Source: Verrucomicrobiota bacterium | GTDB taxonomy: Bacteria; Verrucomicrobiota; Verrucomicrobiia; Verrucomicrobiales; Verrucomicrobiaceae | DNA: 64,000 nucleotides | Assembly (NCBI GenBank): GCA_009885695.1 | Contig: VFKE01000091.1 | Coordinates: 1,289-65,288 of the forward strand | Reading direction: 5' to 3' | Part shown: positions 37,517 through 52,052 of the stretch, piece by piece | Position numbering within the stretch: the first letter of the stretch is position 1 | Layout of the letters: each line of letters begins with the position of its first letter | Made by a program: the position numbers and the translations under genes | Notes under the pieces: model-generated | The model's input: only the letters and a program-made list of their open reading frames with translations | What the model was told of the DNA's origin: nothing | Databases searched by the model: none

Positions 37517-39448
37517 ATGTTGAATTGGAAAACATCCACCACCCTCCTGCTATTCTGCCTCGGCGGAGTTTCATTCCTGCATGGAGCAGACACACCGTTG
37601 CTCAATCTTCCAGGCGCGGGTGATCCTCCCTTGATCGCACAGGCCGGAAACGACGGACCTTCGCCGCTGCTGTTCGACAACGCCCCGCCCAATCCCGTGG
37701 CCCAGACAGCTCCGGCTGCTCCATCGCCCAACGCCACAATCAACCTGATCCGCATCCTCGTGAAGAAAAAAGTCCTTTCGGAAGCCGAGGCAGGCGAGAT
37801 GATCCAGCAGGCCGAGGAGGAGGCTGCGCTGGCCCAAGCCCAAGCCGCGGGTGTTCCCAGCCCTGACGCCGATGGCGCGGTGCGGGTGACTTATGTCCCG
37901 GAAATCGTCAAGGACCAAATTCGCGACGAGCTGAAAGCCGACGTACTATCCCAGGCGCGCCGGGAAGGCTGGGCCGCACCGAAGGAGGTTCCTGACTGGA
38001 CCAAGCGCATCAAACTCTTCGGCGACGTCCGCCTGCGCTATGACACCACTTACTTCCCAGCGGGGAATGACAATACAGGCGCCTTCCCCAACTTCAATTC
38101 GATCAACACCGGCTCGCCCTTCGATGTCAGTGGCACAAATTTTTCACCGCAACAAAATGTTGACCAGGAACGTCAGCGGCTGCGGTTGCGCGCGCGCCTG
38201 GGGGCGGATGCCAATCTGGAAAACGGCTGGTCCGCCGGCATCCGCATCGCTACCGGCGACAGCAACAGTCCCGTTTCCATGAACCAAACGCTCGGCCTGG
38301 CCGGCAACGCCCAGGGCGGCAACTTCAGCAAATACTCCCTGTGGCTTGACCGCGGATTCATCAATTATGAGATCGGCGGCGGCCAGCGCTATATGGAGAA
38401 AACCGAGCTGGAAGCGGACGGTAAAACCCTGCGCACCGTCATGGTTCCGCGTGAATCCCGCGGCCTGCTCTCGCTGTCTTTTGGCCGGTTTGACAATCCG
38501 TTTTTTACCACCAGCGAATTGATCTGGGATGAAGACCTGGGATTTGACGGCCTGGCCATCAAGGGCCGTTATCAAATCGCCAAAGGCGTGACTCCCTTCT
38601 TTGCTGCGGGACTCTTTCCGATCTTCAACACCGACTTCAACTTTGCCACCAACCAGCCCGCCAAGTTTGATAGCACGGACAAGTGGCTTTATGCCGCACA
38701 GATCGGTGTTGATCTGAAGTTCTCTCGGAATGTCGATGCCAAGGGCGCCGTGGCTTACTACGACTTCCAGGGTGTTGCGGGTGAACTGTCCGATCCCTTC
38801 ATTCCATTCAGCTCCCAGGACCAGGGCAACACCGACGGCACCCGCCAGTCGTTTGCGCAACGGGGCAACACCTACCGCGCCATCCGCAACATCGTCCCAG
38901 ATGCGCTCAACAACTTCGGCACCAGCAACCAGTTTCAATACTTCGGGCTGGCTTCTCCATTCGAGGTGCTGTCCTACAGCGGGCGCATTAATTTGAACCA
39001 CTTCGAGCCCATTCAGATTTCATTCCTCGGCGAATACGCCGAGAATCTGGCTTGGAACAAGGGCGACATCAACCAGGTGGCGGTCAACAATCGCGGCCCG
39101 TTGCCGGCAGATACAGACACCACCGCGCCAGCCCCGGTGGGTGAGTACGACGGTGGAGGCACCGCGTGGAACCTCGCCATCATTGTCGGCAAGCCGGTGT
39201 TCGAAAAAGCGGGCGACTGGAGCATGACCTTTGGCTACCGTTATGTGGAGTCCGATGCCATTGTTGATGCCTTTTCGGATTCGGATTTCGGCGCAGGCGG
39301 CACCAACATCGAAGGTTACACGGTGGGCGGCTCCGTCGCGCTTTCTCCGAAAGTGAAATTTGGCGTGCGCTGGATGGGCGCCAATCAAATTGCCGGCCCG
39401 CCATTGAAAAGCGACGTCCTCCTTCTCGACCTCACCGCCAAATTCTAG
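37517..39448 (+). CDS. putative outer-membrane beta-barrel (porin-like) protein with an N-terminal helical extension
   Basis: Signal peptide, then helical LIRILVKKKVLSEAEAGEMIQQAEEEAALAQAQAAG. Alternating amphipathic beta-strand pattern rich in aromatic/Gly residues, with the terminal signature LLLDLTAKF. Confidence 0.6.
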   Translation: MLNWKTSTTLLLFCLGGVSFLHGADTPLLNLPGAGDPPLIAQAGNDGPSPLLFDNAPPNPVAQTAPAAPSPNATINLIRILVKKKVLSEAEAGEMIQQAEEEAALAQAQAAGVPSPDADGAVRVTYVPEIVKDQIRDELKADVLSQARREGWAAPKEVPDWTKRIKLFGDVRLRYDTTYFPAGNDNTGAFPNFNSINTGSPFDVSGTNFSPQQNVDQERQRLRLRARLGADANLENGWSAGIRIATGDSNSPVSMNQTLGLAGNAQGGNFSKYSLWLDRGFINYEIGGGQRYMEKTELEADGKTLRTVMVPRESRGLLSLSFGRFDNPFFTTSELIWDEDLGFDGLAIKGRYQIAKGVTPFFAAGLFPIFNTDFNFATNQPAKFDSTDKWLYAAQIGVDLKFSRNVDAKGAVAYYDFQGVAGELSDPFIPFSSQDQGNTDGTRQSFAQRGNTYRAIRNIVPDALNNFGTSNQFQYFGLASPFEVLSYSGRINLNHFEPIQISFLGEYAENLAWNKGDINQVAVNNRGPLPADTDTTAPAPVGEYDGGGTAWNLAIIVGKPVFEKAGDWSMTFGYRYVESDAIVDAFSDSDFGAGGTNIEGYTVGGSVALSPKVKFGVRWMGANQIAGPPLKSDVLLLDLTAKF

Positions 39449-39450
39449 CC

Positions 39451-40212
39451 ATGATTCATCACTCCCTGCTCATCATTCCCCTGACGCTGGCCGCTGCCGC
39501 AAGCTTTGCCTCCAGCGCTGCCGATCCTGCCGTCGAGGCCAACAAAAAGCTGCGCGAATCCTTGCGCAACACCATGATCCAGCTCCGCACCGTGGAAATG
39601 GATAAAGCCACCCTGCAGGCGGCACAAATGGAACTGGAACTGAAGAACAAGGACCAGGGAGATAAAATCAAGGGGCTGGAAAAAAAAGTTTCCGATCTCA
39701 TCAAACAAAGCAGTGCTGACAAGGCCGAGGCGGAGAAGAAGGCGGCTGATCAGGCCTCCTCCATCGTGACCCGCGACTTGGAAATCTCGCGGCAGAACGA
39801 ATCACTTCAGAAATGGAAAGACTATCAGGTGAAGGCCGAGGGTCTCGTCAAGAAACTCAGCGCCGAACGTGCCAGCAAGACCTCGGAGGCCATCGTGCTG
39901 CAGCGCCGGGTGGATGACCAGCAGCGAAGAAACGCCGAGATGTATAAAATCGGAACTGAGGTTCTCAGCCGGCTGGAGAACTTTGGACTGGGCACCGCGT
40001 TCACGGCACGGGAGCCTTTTGTGGGCACCACGCGCGTGAAGCTGCAGAACCTGTTTCAAGATGCCGCAGACAAGCTGGCTGATGCCAGAATCAAGCCCGG
40101 CCAGCCTTCGATCGACAGCACTTCCCAGCCTGCGCCAGCTCAGAGCGAGGCACCCGCCAAAGATTCGAAAGCGGATCAAAAGAAAACACCGCCCATCGCC
40201 AGTAAATCCTAG
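39451..40212 (+). CDS. periplasmic coiled-coil protein (possibly DUF3450/TtpB-like)
   Basis: Signal peptide and about 200 aa of heptad-like K/E/Q/L-rich sequence. It starts 2 nt after the porin stop. The family assignment is unverified. Confidence 0.55.
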   Translation: MIHHSLLIIPLTLAAAASFASSAADPAVEANKKLRESLRNTMIQLRTVEMDKATLQAAQMELELKNKDQGDKIKGLEKKVSDLIKQSSADKAEAEKKAADQASSIVTRDLEISRQNESLQKWKDYQVKAEGLVKKLSAERASKTSEAIVLQRRVDDQQRRNAEMYKIGTEVLSRLENFGLGTAFTAREPFVGTTRVKLQNLFQDAADKLADARIKPGQPSIDSTSQPAPAQSEAPAKDSKADQKKTPPIASKS

Positions 40213-40374
40213 CAGCCTGTTGAAAAACGAGGTAACACGGGCTTCCAGCCTGTGATGTTGATCAGGCCTCTGGCCTGATGCGCAGGAAAAACGACAGGCT
40301 GGTGCGCAGCCGCGAAGCGAACCCTGTCGCACACTCAGCCAGGATGGCCGAGTTACTTTTTCAACAGGCTGCTA
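40210..40374. mobile_element. MITE-like element bounded by perfect 18-bp terminal inverted repeats
   Basis: TAGCAGCCTGTTGAAAAA (40210..40227) versus TTTTTCAACAGGCTGCTA (40357..40374). Nested internal inverted repeats are CCAGCCTGT/ACAGGCTGG and ATCAGGCC/GGCCTGAT. The TTTTTCAACAGG end also flanks repeat copy A at about 19238. Confidence 0.6.
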
Positions 40375-40658
40375 GGCCATCAGGTCTAACGACGACCGCC
40401 GTTTCCCTCTTTGAGTCCAGGCCCCCGTTCGTAGCGAAAAGCATTCCAAGAATCACCGGAACTCTATCAACGAGAATCGCGTTGACATGACGCCCCAAAC
40501 TTCGGCGGACTCTCTCGGCATCGAGCGCAGAAGGGGCGAGCAACAGCGCCTCAGCCGAGCCATAAAACAAAATACGCCCGCGTCGTGTAATTTTGACTTC
40601 TGGCAGTGGCGTAAATGCCTGTAGCAAGAGCGAGAATGCGGTCGTTTGCCAAGACCAA

Positions 40659-40690
40659 ACAAAAACGCCCTGCCTGTTATGGAAGGGCGC
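40659..40690 (-). terminator. rho-independent terminator downstream of rpoC
   Basis: Minus strand: CGCCCT-(12-nt loop)-AGGGCG followed by TTTTTGTTTGG, about 35 nt after the rpoC stop. Confidence 0.6.
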
Positions 40691-40723
40691 CTTTGGGATT
40701 GAATGATGATTCGATGAATCGAC

Positions 40724-44872
<4,149 letters not shown>

Positions 44873-44911
44873 GCTATTGGGATGGATGAGTTTGCGTTTT
44901 CGACGATCAGA

Positions 44912-47900
44912 TTACATGCCGGAGGCGGCGGGGAACATTTCAAGGCTTTCATGCTGGTTCATTTGGCTGGAGACTTTCACGTCGAGGCCGAGTGACTGCA
45001 TTTCCTTGATAAGCACGTTGAAGGATTCAGGCGTGCCAGCTTCGAGGGCGTTGTCGCCCTTGACGATACTTTCGTAGATGCGCGTGCGACCCTGCACGTC
45101 ATCGGATTTCACGGTGAGGAGTTCCTGCAGCGTGTAAGCCGCGCCGTAGGCCTCAAGGGCCCACACTTCCATTTCGCCGAAACGCTGGCCACCGTATTGG
45201 GCCTTACCACCAAGCGGCTGCTGGGTGACGAGGGAATAAGGTCCGACCGCGCGGGCGTGAATCTTGTCGGCAACAAGGTGTCCGAGCTTCAGCATGTAGA
45301 TGTAGCCGACGACGACCTCCTGGCCGAAGGTTTCTCCTGACCGGCCATCGGTGAGCGTGCTCTTGCCGTTGAGTCCGATCCATTCAAAACCAGGAACCTT
45401 CTTGGCGTCCTTGAGGAAGCCCATGATCTGCTTCTCGGGGATACCATCGAAGACAGGCGTGGCGATCTTCATTCCAAGTGCCCGTGCCGCGACGCCGAGG
45501 TGAGTCTCCAACACCTGGCCGACGTTCATACGGCTGGGAACGCCGAGAGGGTTGAGGCAGATGTCCACCGGCGTGCCGTCTTCGAGGAAGGGCATGTCTT
45601 CTTCTGGCACGATGATGGCGACAACACCCTTGTTGCCGTGGCGACCTGCCATTTTATCACCCACGCTGAGCTTGCGCTTGCTGGCGACAAAAACACGAAC
45701 CTCCTTGATAACGCCGCTATCCAGCTCGTCACCCTGTTCGATACGATCGAGTGAACGCTCGCGCTCCATGTCCGCCTCGCTGAACTTTGGCTCGAAGCTC
45801 TGGATGATGTCCATGATCTTGTGACGGATCGGTGACTGATCGATCTCGATGGAGCGGTGTGACTCGGCAAGGGTGCGGAGCAATGTCTTGGTGATCTTTT
45901 TGTTGGCCGGGATGATGACTTCGCCGGATTCGCCGTTGACCACGTCGAGGTTGATTTTCTCATTGAGCAGAATCTCGCAGAGCTTTTCGGTGAGTTGCTC
46001 AGTATACTGTTCAACCTTGGTCTTGTGCTCGTCGGTGATTGCCTTGAGTTGCTTCTTTTGTTCGCTGGGCGAGAGGTGCTCTTTTTCGGCGCCAGTGCGG
46101 GAGGATACGCGAACGTCCATCACGATGCCTGCGCAACCGGACGGAACCCTAAGGGATGAGTCCTTCACATCCGCGGCCTTTTCACCAAAGATGGCGCGCA
46201 AGAGGCGCTCTTCCGGAGCGAGTTCCGTTTCGCTTTTTGGGGTGATCTTGCCGACGAGGATGTCGCCGGGTTTCACTTCGGCACCGATGCGGACCACGCC
46301 GTCAGGACCGAGATTGCGGAGTGCTTCATCGCCGACGTTCGGGATGTCACGGGTGATTTCCTCGGGCCCGAGTTTGGTGTCCCGGGCGCCGATATCAAAG
46401 TCCTCGATGTGGATCGAGGTGTAGACGTCCTCCTTGACAACCCTGCGGCTGATGACGATGGCATCCTCGAAGTTGTATCCGTTCCATGGCATGAACGCGA
46501 CGAGCATGTTGCGTCCAAGCGCGAGTTCACCGTTGTCGGTGCAAGGACCGTCCGCGAGGATGTCGCCCTTTTTCACCTTCTGGCCGCGCTTGACGAGCGG
46601 TTGTTGGTTGATGCAGGTGCCGGCGTTGGAGCGCATGAACTTGCTCAGGCTGTAAACATAAACGCCCTTGTCGGGATCGGTCTTCACCTTGCCGGGTTCG
46701 GCGGCGAATGCCTTCTCGCTAATCGGAAGATCGCCGTCCTTGGTAACGATGATGCAGTCCGCCGTGGCGCTGGCCACGATGCCGTTGGCATCCGCGATAA
46801 TGACGGCTTGCGAATCGCGCGCCGTTTTGCCTTCCATGCCGGTGCCGACGAACGGCGCTTCCGACTCCAGAAGCGGCACACCCTGGCGCTGCATGTTCGA
46901 ACCCATCAACGCACGGTTGGCGTCATCGTGCTCGAGGAATGGAATGAGCGAGGCGGCGACGGAGACAAGCTGCTTGGGCGAGACATCCATGTAGGTGGCC
47001 TGCTCCGGTTCAACTTCGAGGAACTCGCCGCGATAGCGCACCGTAACCTTGGCCTCTTTGTAACGGCCGCGGTCATCGATCACATTACTCGCCTGGGCGA
47101 CAAAGTGATTCTCTTCCTGATCGGCAGTGAGGTAGTCGATCTTATCGGTGACACGTCCGCCATCCACCTTGCGGTAGGGGGTTTCAATAAAGCCAAACTC
47201 ATTGATACGCGCGTAACTGCACATCGAATTGATGAGGCCGATGTTCGGACCTTCCGGAGTTTCAATGGGGCAGATGCGACCGTAGTGCGATGGATGCACG
47301 TCGCGAACTTCAAAGCCAGCGCGATCACGGTTCAAGCCGCCAGGCCCGAGGGCGGAGAGACGACGCTTGTGGGTCAGCTCGGCCAGAGGATTCATCTGAT
47401 CCATGAACTGGCTCAACTGCGAGCGCGCGAAGAAATCACGCACCACAGCGCTGAGCGCCTTGGGATTGATGAGCTTCTGCGGCGTCATCACATCCATGTT
47501 CACGTCGAACAAGGTCATGCGCTCTTTCACGAGACGCTCGGTGCGGGCCAGGCCGACGCGGCACTGGTTGGCGAGAAGTTCGCCGACAGCCCGCACGCGG
47601 CGGCTGCCAAGGTGATCAATGTCATCGATCACGCCTTTGCCGGCACGCAGCTTGAAGAGGTAATGCATGGCGGAGATCACGTCCTCTGCGGTGAGGATGC
47701 GCTCGTTGGTGTCCACCTTGATGGAGAGTTTCTGATTGATCTTGTAGCGGCCGACCCGCGTGAGGTCATAGCGCTTCGGATCAAAGAACAGACGCTTCAC
47801 CAGAGCGCGCGCGTTGGGAACAGTCGGCGGATCTCCAGGGCGGAGACGGCGGTAGATTTCTTTCAGGGCCTCGTCTTCATCATGGGCCACGTCTTTGCGC

Positions 47901-48748
47901 AGGGATGCGATGAGGAGATCGTCCTGAGTGGCGCTAACCACCTTGGCGGATTTATGGCCGAGCTGAATAAGCTGGCGCACAATGCCCTGGGTGAGTGGCT
48001 CGTAGGCGCGCGCGATGATAAGTTCGCCGTCGAGGATGTCCTTGAAGATGACCTTGGAGAGAAGCTCCTCTTCGTTGAGGTTTTCCTTCAGCTTGAGATC
48101 CTCGATCGGATAGAAAAGCTTGAGGATATCCTCATCTGTGGGGAAGCCAATGACGCGCAGCAGCGTGGTCGCGAGGAATTTGCGGCGGCGACGGCGGCGG
48201 TCGAGATAGACATAGAGCAGATCGTTGGTGTCGAACTGAACTTCGAGCCAGGTGCCGCGGTCAGGAATGATGCGGAAGCCGAAGAGCCAGCGGCCGTTGA
48301 GGTGCTGATTGGTTTCAAAGCAGATGCCAGGCGAGCGGTGCAACTGGCTGACGACGACGCGCTCGGCGCCGTTGATAACGAAGGCGCCGCGGTTGGTCAT
48401 CATGGGCAGCTCGCCCATATAGACACGCTCCTGCTTGGCGCCAGCTTCGTCCTTGAGTTCGTAGGTGACGTAAAGCGGTGCGCTGAATGACTCCGCATCG
48501 CGAAGTGCTTCGACGGGGGACAGCTTCGGCTCGCCAATGTCATAGAGCGCGAAGTCGAGCGTCATTTTGCCATCGTAGCTTTCAATCGGGAAGACCTCGC
48601 GGAACACGGCTTGGAGGCCGGTATTTTTGCGTTGCGAGGGGGTGACATCCTTTTGGAGGAATTCCTCGTAGGATTTGATCTGAACCTCAATGAGGTTCGG
48701 CGGTTCGATTGGATCCTTGATCTTGCCAAAGTTAATGCGCTGGGACAT
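44912..48748 (-). CDS. rpoB: DNA-directed RNA polymerase subunit beta
   Basis: 1278 aa. [90 protein letters not shown]. Confidence 0.98.
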   Translation of the reverse strand: MSQRINFGKIKDPIEPPNLIEVQIKSYEEFLQKDVTPSQRKNTGLQAVFREVFPIESYDGKMTLDFALYDIGEPKLSPVEALRDAESFSAPLYVTYELKDEAGAKQERVYMGELPMMTNRGAFVINGAERVVVSQLHRSPGICFETNQHLNGRWLFGFRIIPDRGTWLEVQFDTNDLLYVYLDRRRRRRKFLATTLLRVIGFPTDEDILKLFYPIEDLKLKENLNEEELLSKVIFKDILDGELIIARAYEPLTQGIVRQLIQLGHKSAKVVSATQDDLLIASLRKDVAHDEDEALKEIYRRLRPGDPPTVPNARALVKRLFFDPKRYDLTRVGRYKINQKLSIKVDTNERILTAEDVISAMHYLFKLRAGKGVIDDIDHLGSRRVRAVGELLANQCRVGLARTERLVKERMTLFDVNMDVMTPQKLINPKALSAVVRDFFARSQLSQFMDQMNPLAELTHKRRLSALGPGGLNRDRAGFEVRDVHPSHYGRICPIETPEGPNIGLINSMCSYARINEFGFIETPYRKVDGGRVTDKIDYLTADQEENHFVAQASNVIDDRGRYKEAKVTVRYRGEFLEVEPEQATYMDVSPKQLVSVAASLIPFLEHDDANRALMGSNMQRQGVPLLESEAPFVGTGMEGKTARDSQAVIIADANGIVASATADCIIVTKDGDLPISEKAFAAEPGKVKTDPDKGVYVYSLSKFMRSNAGTCINQQPLVKRGQKVKKGDILADGPCTDNGELALGRNMLVAFMPWNGYNFEDAIVISRRVVKEDVYTSIHIEDFDIGARDTKLGPEEITRDIPNVGDEALRNLGPDGVVRIGAEVKPGDILVGKITPKSETELAPEERLLRAIFGEKAADVKDSSLRVPSGCAGIVMDVRVSSRTGAEKEHLSPSEQKKQLKAITDEHKTKVEQYTEQLTEKLCEILLNEKINLDVVNGESGEVIIPANKKITKTLLRTLAESHRSIEIDQSPIRHKIMDIIQSFEPKFSEADMERERSLDRIEQGDELDSGVIKEVRVFVASKRKLSVGDKMAGRHGNKGVVAIIVPEEDMPFLEDGTPVDICLNPLGVPSRMNVGQVLETHLGVAARALGMKIATPVFDGIPEKQIMGFLKDAKKVPGFEWIGLNGKSTLTDGRSGETFGQEVVVGYIYMLKLGHLVADKIHARAVGPYSLVTQQPLGGKAQYGGQRFGEMEVWALEAYGAAYTLQELLTVKSDDVQGRTRIYESIVKGDNALEAGTPESFNVLIKEMQSLGLDVKVSSQMNQHESLEMFPAASGM

Positions 48749-49028
48749 ACGACGTGGGGCTGGGTTTCGGCAACGGGGGTTGGTAGCGAGGCGGTGCCGG
48801 AGGCTGATCCGGCATTGGGTGGCACATGACGGAGGTGAATCCGTCGCGGGCCTATGTTAGTTGATGGAGACAAAAATGCCGGCCACCACAAAAGTGGCGG
48901 CGGCAATCAATTTCTGTCGAAACGCCAGCACCTGCCCCCATGCCGCGATGAGTCCCAAAGGACGGTTCGGCGGCAAGGTGAGGGGGCGGAGTGATGGCAT
49001 CTCGGAAATTTCTGGATTCTGGTAAGAT

Positions 49029-49059
49029 GGCGTTGCGCCACACGCGGTGGCACAACGCC
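49029..49059 (-). terminator. 13-bp-stem hairpin in the rplL-rpoB spacer (candidate attenuator)
   Basis: Minus strand GGCGTTGTGCCAC-cgcgt-GTGGCGCAACGCC begins 15 nt after the rplL stop. The U tract is weak (ATCTTACC). E. coli has a partial terminator at the equivalent position. Confidence 0.5.
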
Positions 49060-49073
49060 CAAATGAGTGAAGC

Positions 49074-49457
49074 TTATTTGATTTCGACTTTGGCACCGGC
49101 GGCCTCCATCTTCTTCTTGATCTCGTCGGCTTCTTCCTTGCTGACGCCCTGCTTGAGCGGCTGAGGAGCACTTTCAACGAGCTTCTTGGCATCGGCCAGG
49201 CCGAGTCCGGGAACCACGGTGCGCACTTCCTTGATGACGCCGATCTTGTTCGAGCCAGCGTCGGTGAGGACGACATCGAATTCGGTCTTGGCTTCAGCGG
49301 CGGGTGCGGCTGCGGCACCGCCACCACCAGCGGCGGCAACGGCAACGGGAGCGGCTGCGCTCACGCCCCACTTGGTTTCAAGGGTCTTCACAAGTTCAGC
49401 AACTTCCAAGACGGTAAGTCCGCTGAGTTCATCTACGATTTTATTGAGGTCTGCCAT
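49074..49457 (-). CDS. rplL: 50S ribosomal protein L7/L12
   Basis: [32 protein letters not shown]...KVEIK. Confidence 0.97.
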   Translation of the reverse strand: MADLNKIVDELSGLTVLEVAELVKTLETKWGVSAAAPVAVAAAGGGGAAAAPAAEAKTEFDVVLTDAGSNKIGVIKEVRTVVPGLGLADAKKLVESAPQPLKQGVSKEEADEIKKKMEAAGAKVEIK

Positions 49458-49665
49458 GTTATTTTTGTGGTATCGCCGTCAACCGGAGCTCCGGTGGTTT
49501 TCAGACTGTCGGCCGACAGTCCGGCGAGGAACCGTTTGGTGTTTTTAGTTCAGGCGGCTTGCACCGCCATCGGATCAAAGTGGGTAATAAGTTATTGGTT
49601 ATGAGTTATGGGTTGTTCCGGCAATTTCGTCATCTAACGACTAACTAATAACCCATGACCTGGAT

Positions 49666-50181
49666 TCACGCGGCCTTGTCGCCCTTGGCCTGAATGACGC
49701 GGGCGAGCGATGCAGCGGGTTCGTTGAGCAGGCGCACGAGCTGGCTCGCGGGCGCCTGAAGCACGCCGAGAAGCTGGGCGAGCAGCACTTCACGCGCAGG
49801 AAGGTCGGCAAGAACCTTGATGCCGTCGGCGGTGAGATACTTGCCATCGAGAACGCCGGCCTTCATCTTGGGCCGTTCGAACTCGCTGGAGAAGGTCTTC
49901 ATCACCTTGGCGGTGGCGCAAACGTCCTTCGCGCCAGTGACGATGGCGGTCTGGCCGGTGAGCACGGCGCTGAGTTCGGCGGGATACTTCGCGCGCTCGG
50001 TGGCTTTTTTTACCAGCGTGTTTTTATACACGTGCATTTCAGCACCAGCACCACGAAGGCGTTTGCGCAGCTCCTCAAATTTATCAACCGTCAGGCCGCC
50101 GTAATCCACGACGAACATGAAGGGCGAGGCGTTCACCTTCTGGAGAAGGTGGTCGATCATGATGTTTTTTTCTTCTTTCAT
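49666..50181 (-). CDS. rplJ: 50S ribosomal protein L10
   Basis: 171 aa. FMFVVDYGGLTVDKFEELRKRLR... in the conserved position between rplA and rplL. Confidence 0.95.
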   Translation of the reverse strand: MKEEKNIMIDHLLQKVNASPFMFVVDYGGLTVDKFEELRKRLRGAGAEMHVYKNTLVKKATERAKYPAELSAVLTGQTAIVTGAKDVCATAKVMKTFSSEFERPKMKAGVLDGKYLTADGIKVLADLPAREVLLAQLLGVLQAPASQLVRLLNEPAASLARVIQAKGDKAA

Positions 50182-50199
50182 CTGCGTGTTTCCTCGGGG

Positions 50200-50910
50200 T
50201 TAGGCCGCAACGGCAATTTTAATGTGCTTGGTCACGTCCACCTTGATGGGTGGCGACATGGTGGCCGCAAGCGTGATGTTCTCGATGAAGCGACCCTTGG
50301 CGGAAGCAGGACGGGCGCGCATGACGGCGTCGATCAATGCCTGGGCATTTTCGACGATGGCCTTCTGCTCAAAGCCGACTTTGCCAACGGGCGCGGCGCA
50401 ATTGCCGTTTTTGTCGAGCTTGAATTCGACACGGCCCGCCTTGACGGACTTCACGGCACCGGCGATGTCGTCGGTCACGGTGCCGGTTTTCGGATTGGGC
50501 ATCAGACCGCGTGGTCCGAGTTGTTTTCCGAGCTTGCGCACTTCGGCCATGGCCGCAGGAGTCGCGATGGCAACATCGAAATCAAGGAAGCCTTCTTTCA
50601 CTTTGGCGATCAAATCTTCGTAGCCGATGACTTCAGCGCCCGCAGTCTTGGCGGCGGTCGCGGCATCGCCCTGGGCGAAGACGGCGACCTTCACATTCTT
50701 GCCGGAACCGTGTGGAAGCGGGCAGGTGCCACGCACCATCTGATCAGACTGCTTGGGATCCGCAGTCAGGCGGAAAGACAGCGTGACGGTCTGATTGAAC
50801 TTGGTGGTTGGCAGTTTGCGGACAAGGTCAGCGGCCTCGTCAAGCGAGTGGAGCTTTCCTGCCGGGATCATTTCCACGGCTTTGCGATATCTTTTGCTTC
50901 TGTGTTTCAT
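50200..50910 (-). CDS. rplA: 50S ribosomal protein L1
   Basis: 236 aa. KFNQTVTLSFRL..DPKQSDQMVRGT..LPHGSGK, LGPRGLMPNPKTGTVT. Confidence 0.97.
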   Translation of the reverse strand: MKHRSKRYRKAVEMIPAGKLHSLDEAADLVRKLPTTKFNQTVTLSFRLTADPKQSDQMVRGTCPLPHGSGKNVKVAVFAQGDAATAAKTAGAEVIGYEDLIAKVKEGFLDFDVAIATPAAMAEVRKLGKQLGPRGLMPNPKTGTVTDDIAGAVKSVKAGRVEFKLDKNGNCAAPVGKVGFEQKAIVENAQALIDAVMRARPASAKGRFIENITLAATMSPPIKVDVTKHIKIAVAA

Positions 50911-50985
50911 ATTGGGGTGCAGTGCGAGCGAACCGGTTATTGATTCTCCTGCTTGTTGGTTTTCGGTTTCAGTTACGTGAAAAGA

Positions 50986-51411
50986 TTAGTCCGTGATCTC
51001 GATGCCCATCTGGCGGGCGGTGCCGGCCATGATCTTGCAGGCGGCGTCGAGATTGGTCGTATTGAGATCGGGCAATTTTAATTTTGTTGCTTCCAGAAGC
51101 TTGGCGCGGGTGATCTTCGCGACCTTCTTCTTGTTCGGCTCGCCAGAACCGGAGGCGATGTTGGCCACCTTCTTGAGCAAATTGGAAGCGGGCGGTTGCT
51201 TGGTGATGAAGGTGAAACTTTTGTCTTTGTAAACCGAGATCACGGTCGGCAGGACGTCGCCGCCGGCTTTTTGGGTGGCGGCATTGAACTCCTTGCAGAA
51301 GGCCATGATGTTCACGCCGGCCTGGCCGAGCGCAGGTCCGATGGGCGGCGCTGGATTGGCGGCACCGGCTTTGATCTGAAGTTTAATGACTTTGACGACT
51401 TCTTTTGCCAT
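50986..51411 (-). CDS. rplK: 50S ribosomal protein L11
   Basis: [44 protein letters not shown]. Confidence 0.97.
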   Translation of the reverse strand: MAKEVVKVIKLQIKAGAANPAPPIGPALGQAGVNIMAFCKEFNAATQKAGGDVLPTVISVYKDKSFTFITKQPPASNLLKKVANIASGSGEPNKKKVAKITRAKLLEATKLKLPDLNTTNLDAACKIMAGTARQMGIEITD

Positions 51412-51441
51412 TTTCTTGAGGAGTTGAGATGTGAAATTTTA

Positions 51442-52011
51442 CTAGGCTTTTTCGACCTGCCAATATTCGAGGTCCACAGGAGTGGAGCGTCCGAAGATGT
51501 TCACGGAGACGCGCAACAGGCCGCGCTCCTGATCGATTTCTTCAATGGTGCCCACCTGGCTTTCAAAGGGACCGTCTGCCACGCGAACGCTGTCGCCCGG
51601 CGTGAACTGAATTTTCGGCTTGGCACCGGATTCGCTTTCACGCATCTGCGCGCGCAGCGCCTCGATTTCCTTCGGACGGAGAGGGATGGGATGATCCTTG
51701 GCACCGGCGAAATTAAGGAAACCATCGGTTTCCTTCACGAAGTGCCAGGTTTTTACCATCGGCTTGTTGTGTTCGTCCAGGAGCCACATGTTGGCCAGGA
51801 TGTAGCCGGGAAATTTCTTGCGCACGGACTCCGATTTCTTGCCCTTCTTGACTTCGGATACGCGGTCGGTGGGGACGATGACTTCGTAGATATACTCCGC
51901 CATCTCCTCGCTCTCGATGCGTCGGATCATGTTCTCACGCACACGCTGCTCGAGGCCTGCGCGCACGTGCATGACATACCATTGATCTTTAGGTTCGGGG
52001 ATGGCTCCCAT
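51442..52011 (-). CDS. nusG: transcription termination/antitermination factor NusG
   Basis: WYVMHVRAGLEQRV NGN domain and C-terminal KOW (GDSVRVADGPFESQVGTIEEID). Confidence 0.95.
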   Translation of the reverse strand: MGAIPEPKDQWYVMHVRAGLEQRVRENMIRRIESEEMAEYIYEVIVPTDRVSEVKKGKKSESVRKKFPGYILANMWLLDEHNKPMVKTWHFVKETDGFLNFAGAKDHPIPLRPKEIEALRAQMRESESGAKPKIQFTPGDSVRVADGPFESQVGTIEEIDQERGLLRVSVNIFGRSTPVDLEYWQVEKA

Positions 52012-52052
52012 ATAATTGGTGTGGACTGGAGACGCGCCTGGCTGGCCGCGGC

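Noticed and set aside
40376-40650. 88-aa and 100-aa minus-strand ORFs downstream of rpoC as genes
   Set aside because: They lie beyond the predicted rpoC terminator, overlap each other in different frames, and have no start context or recognisable motifs. This is probably non-coding DNA or decayed sequence.
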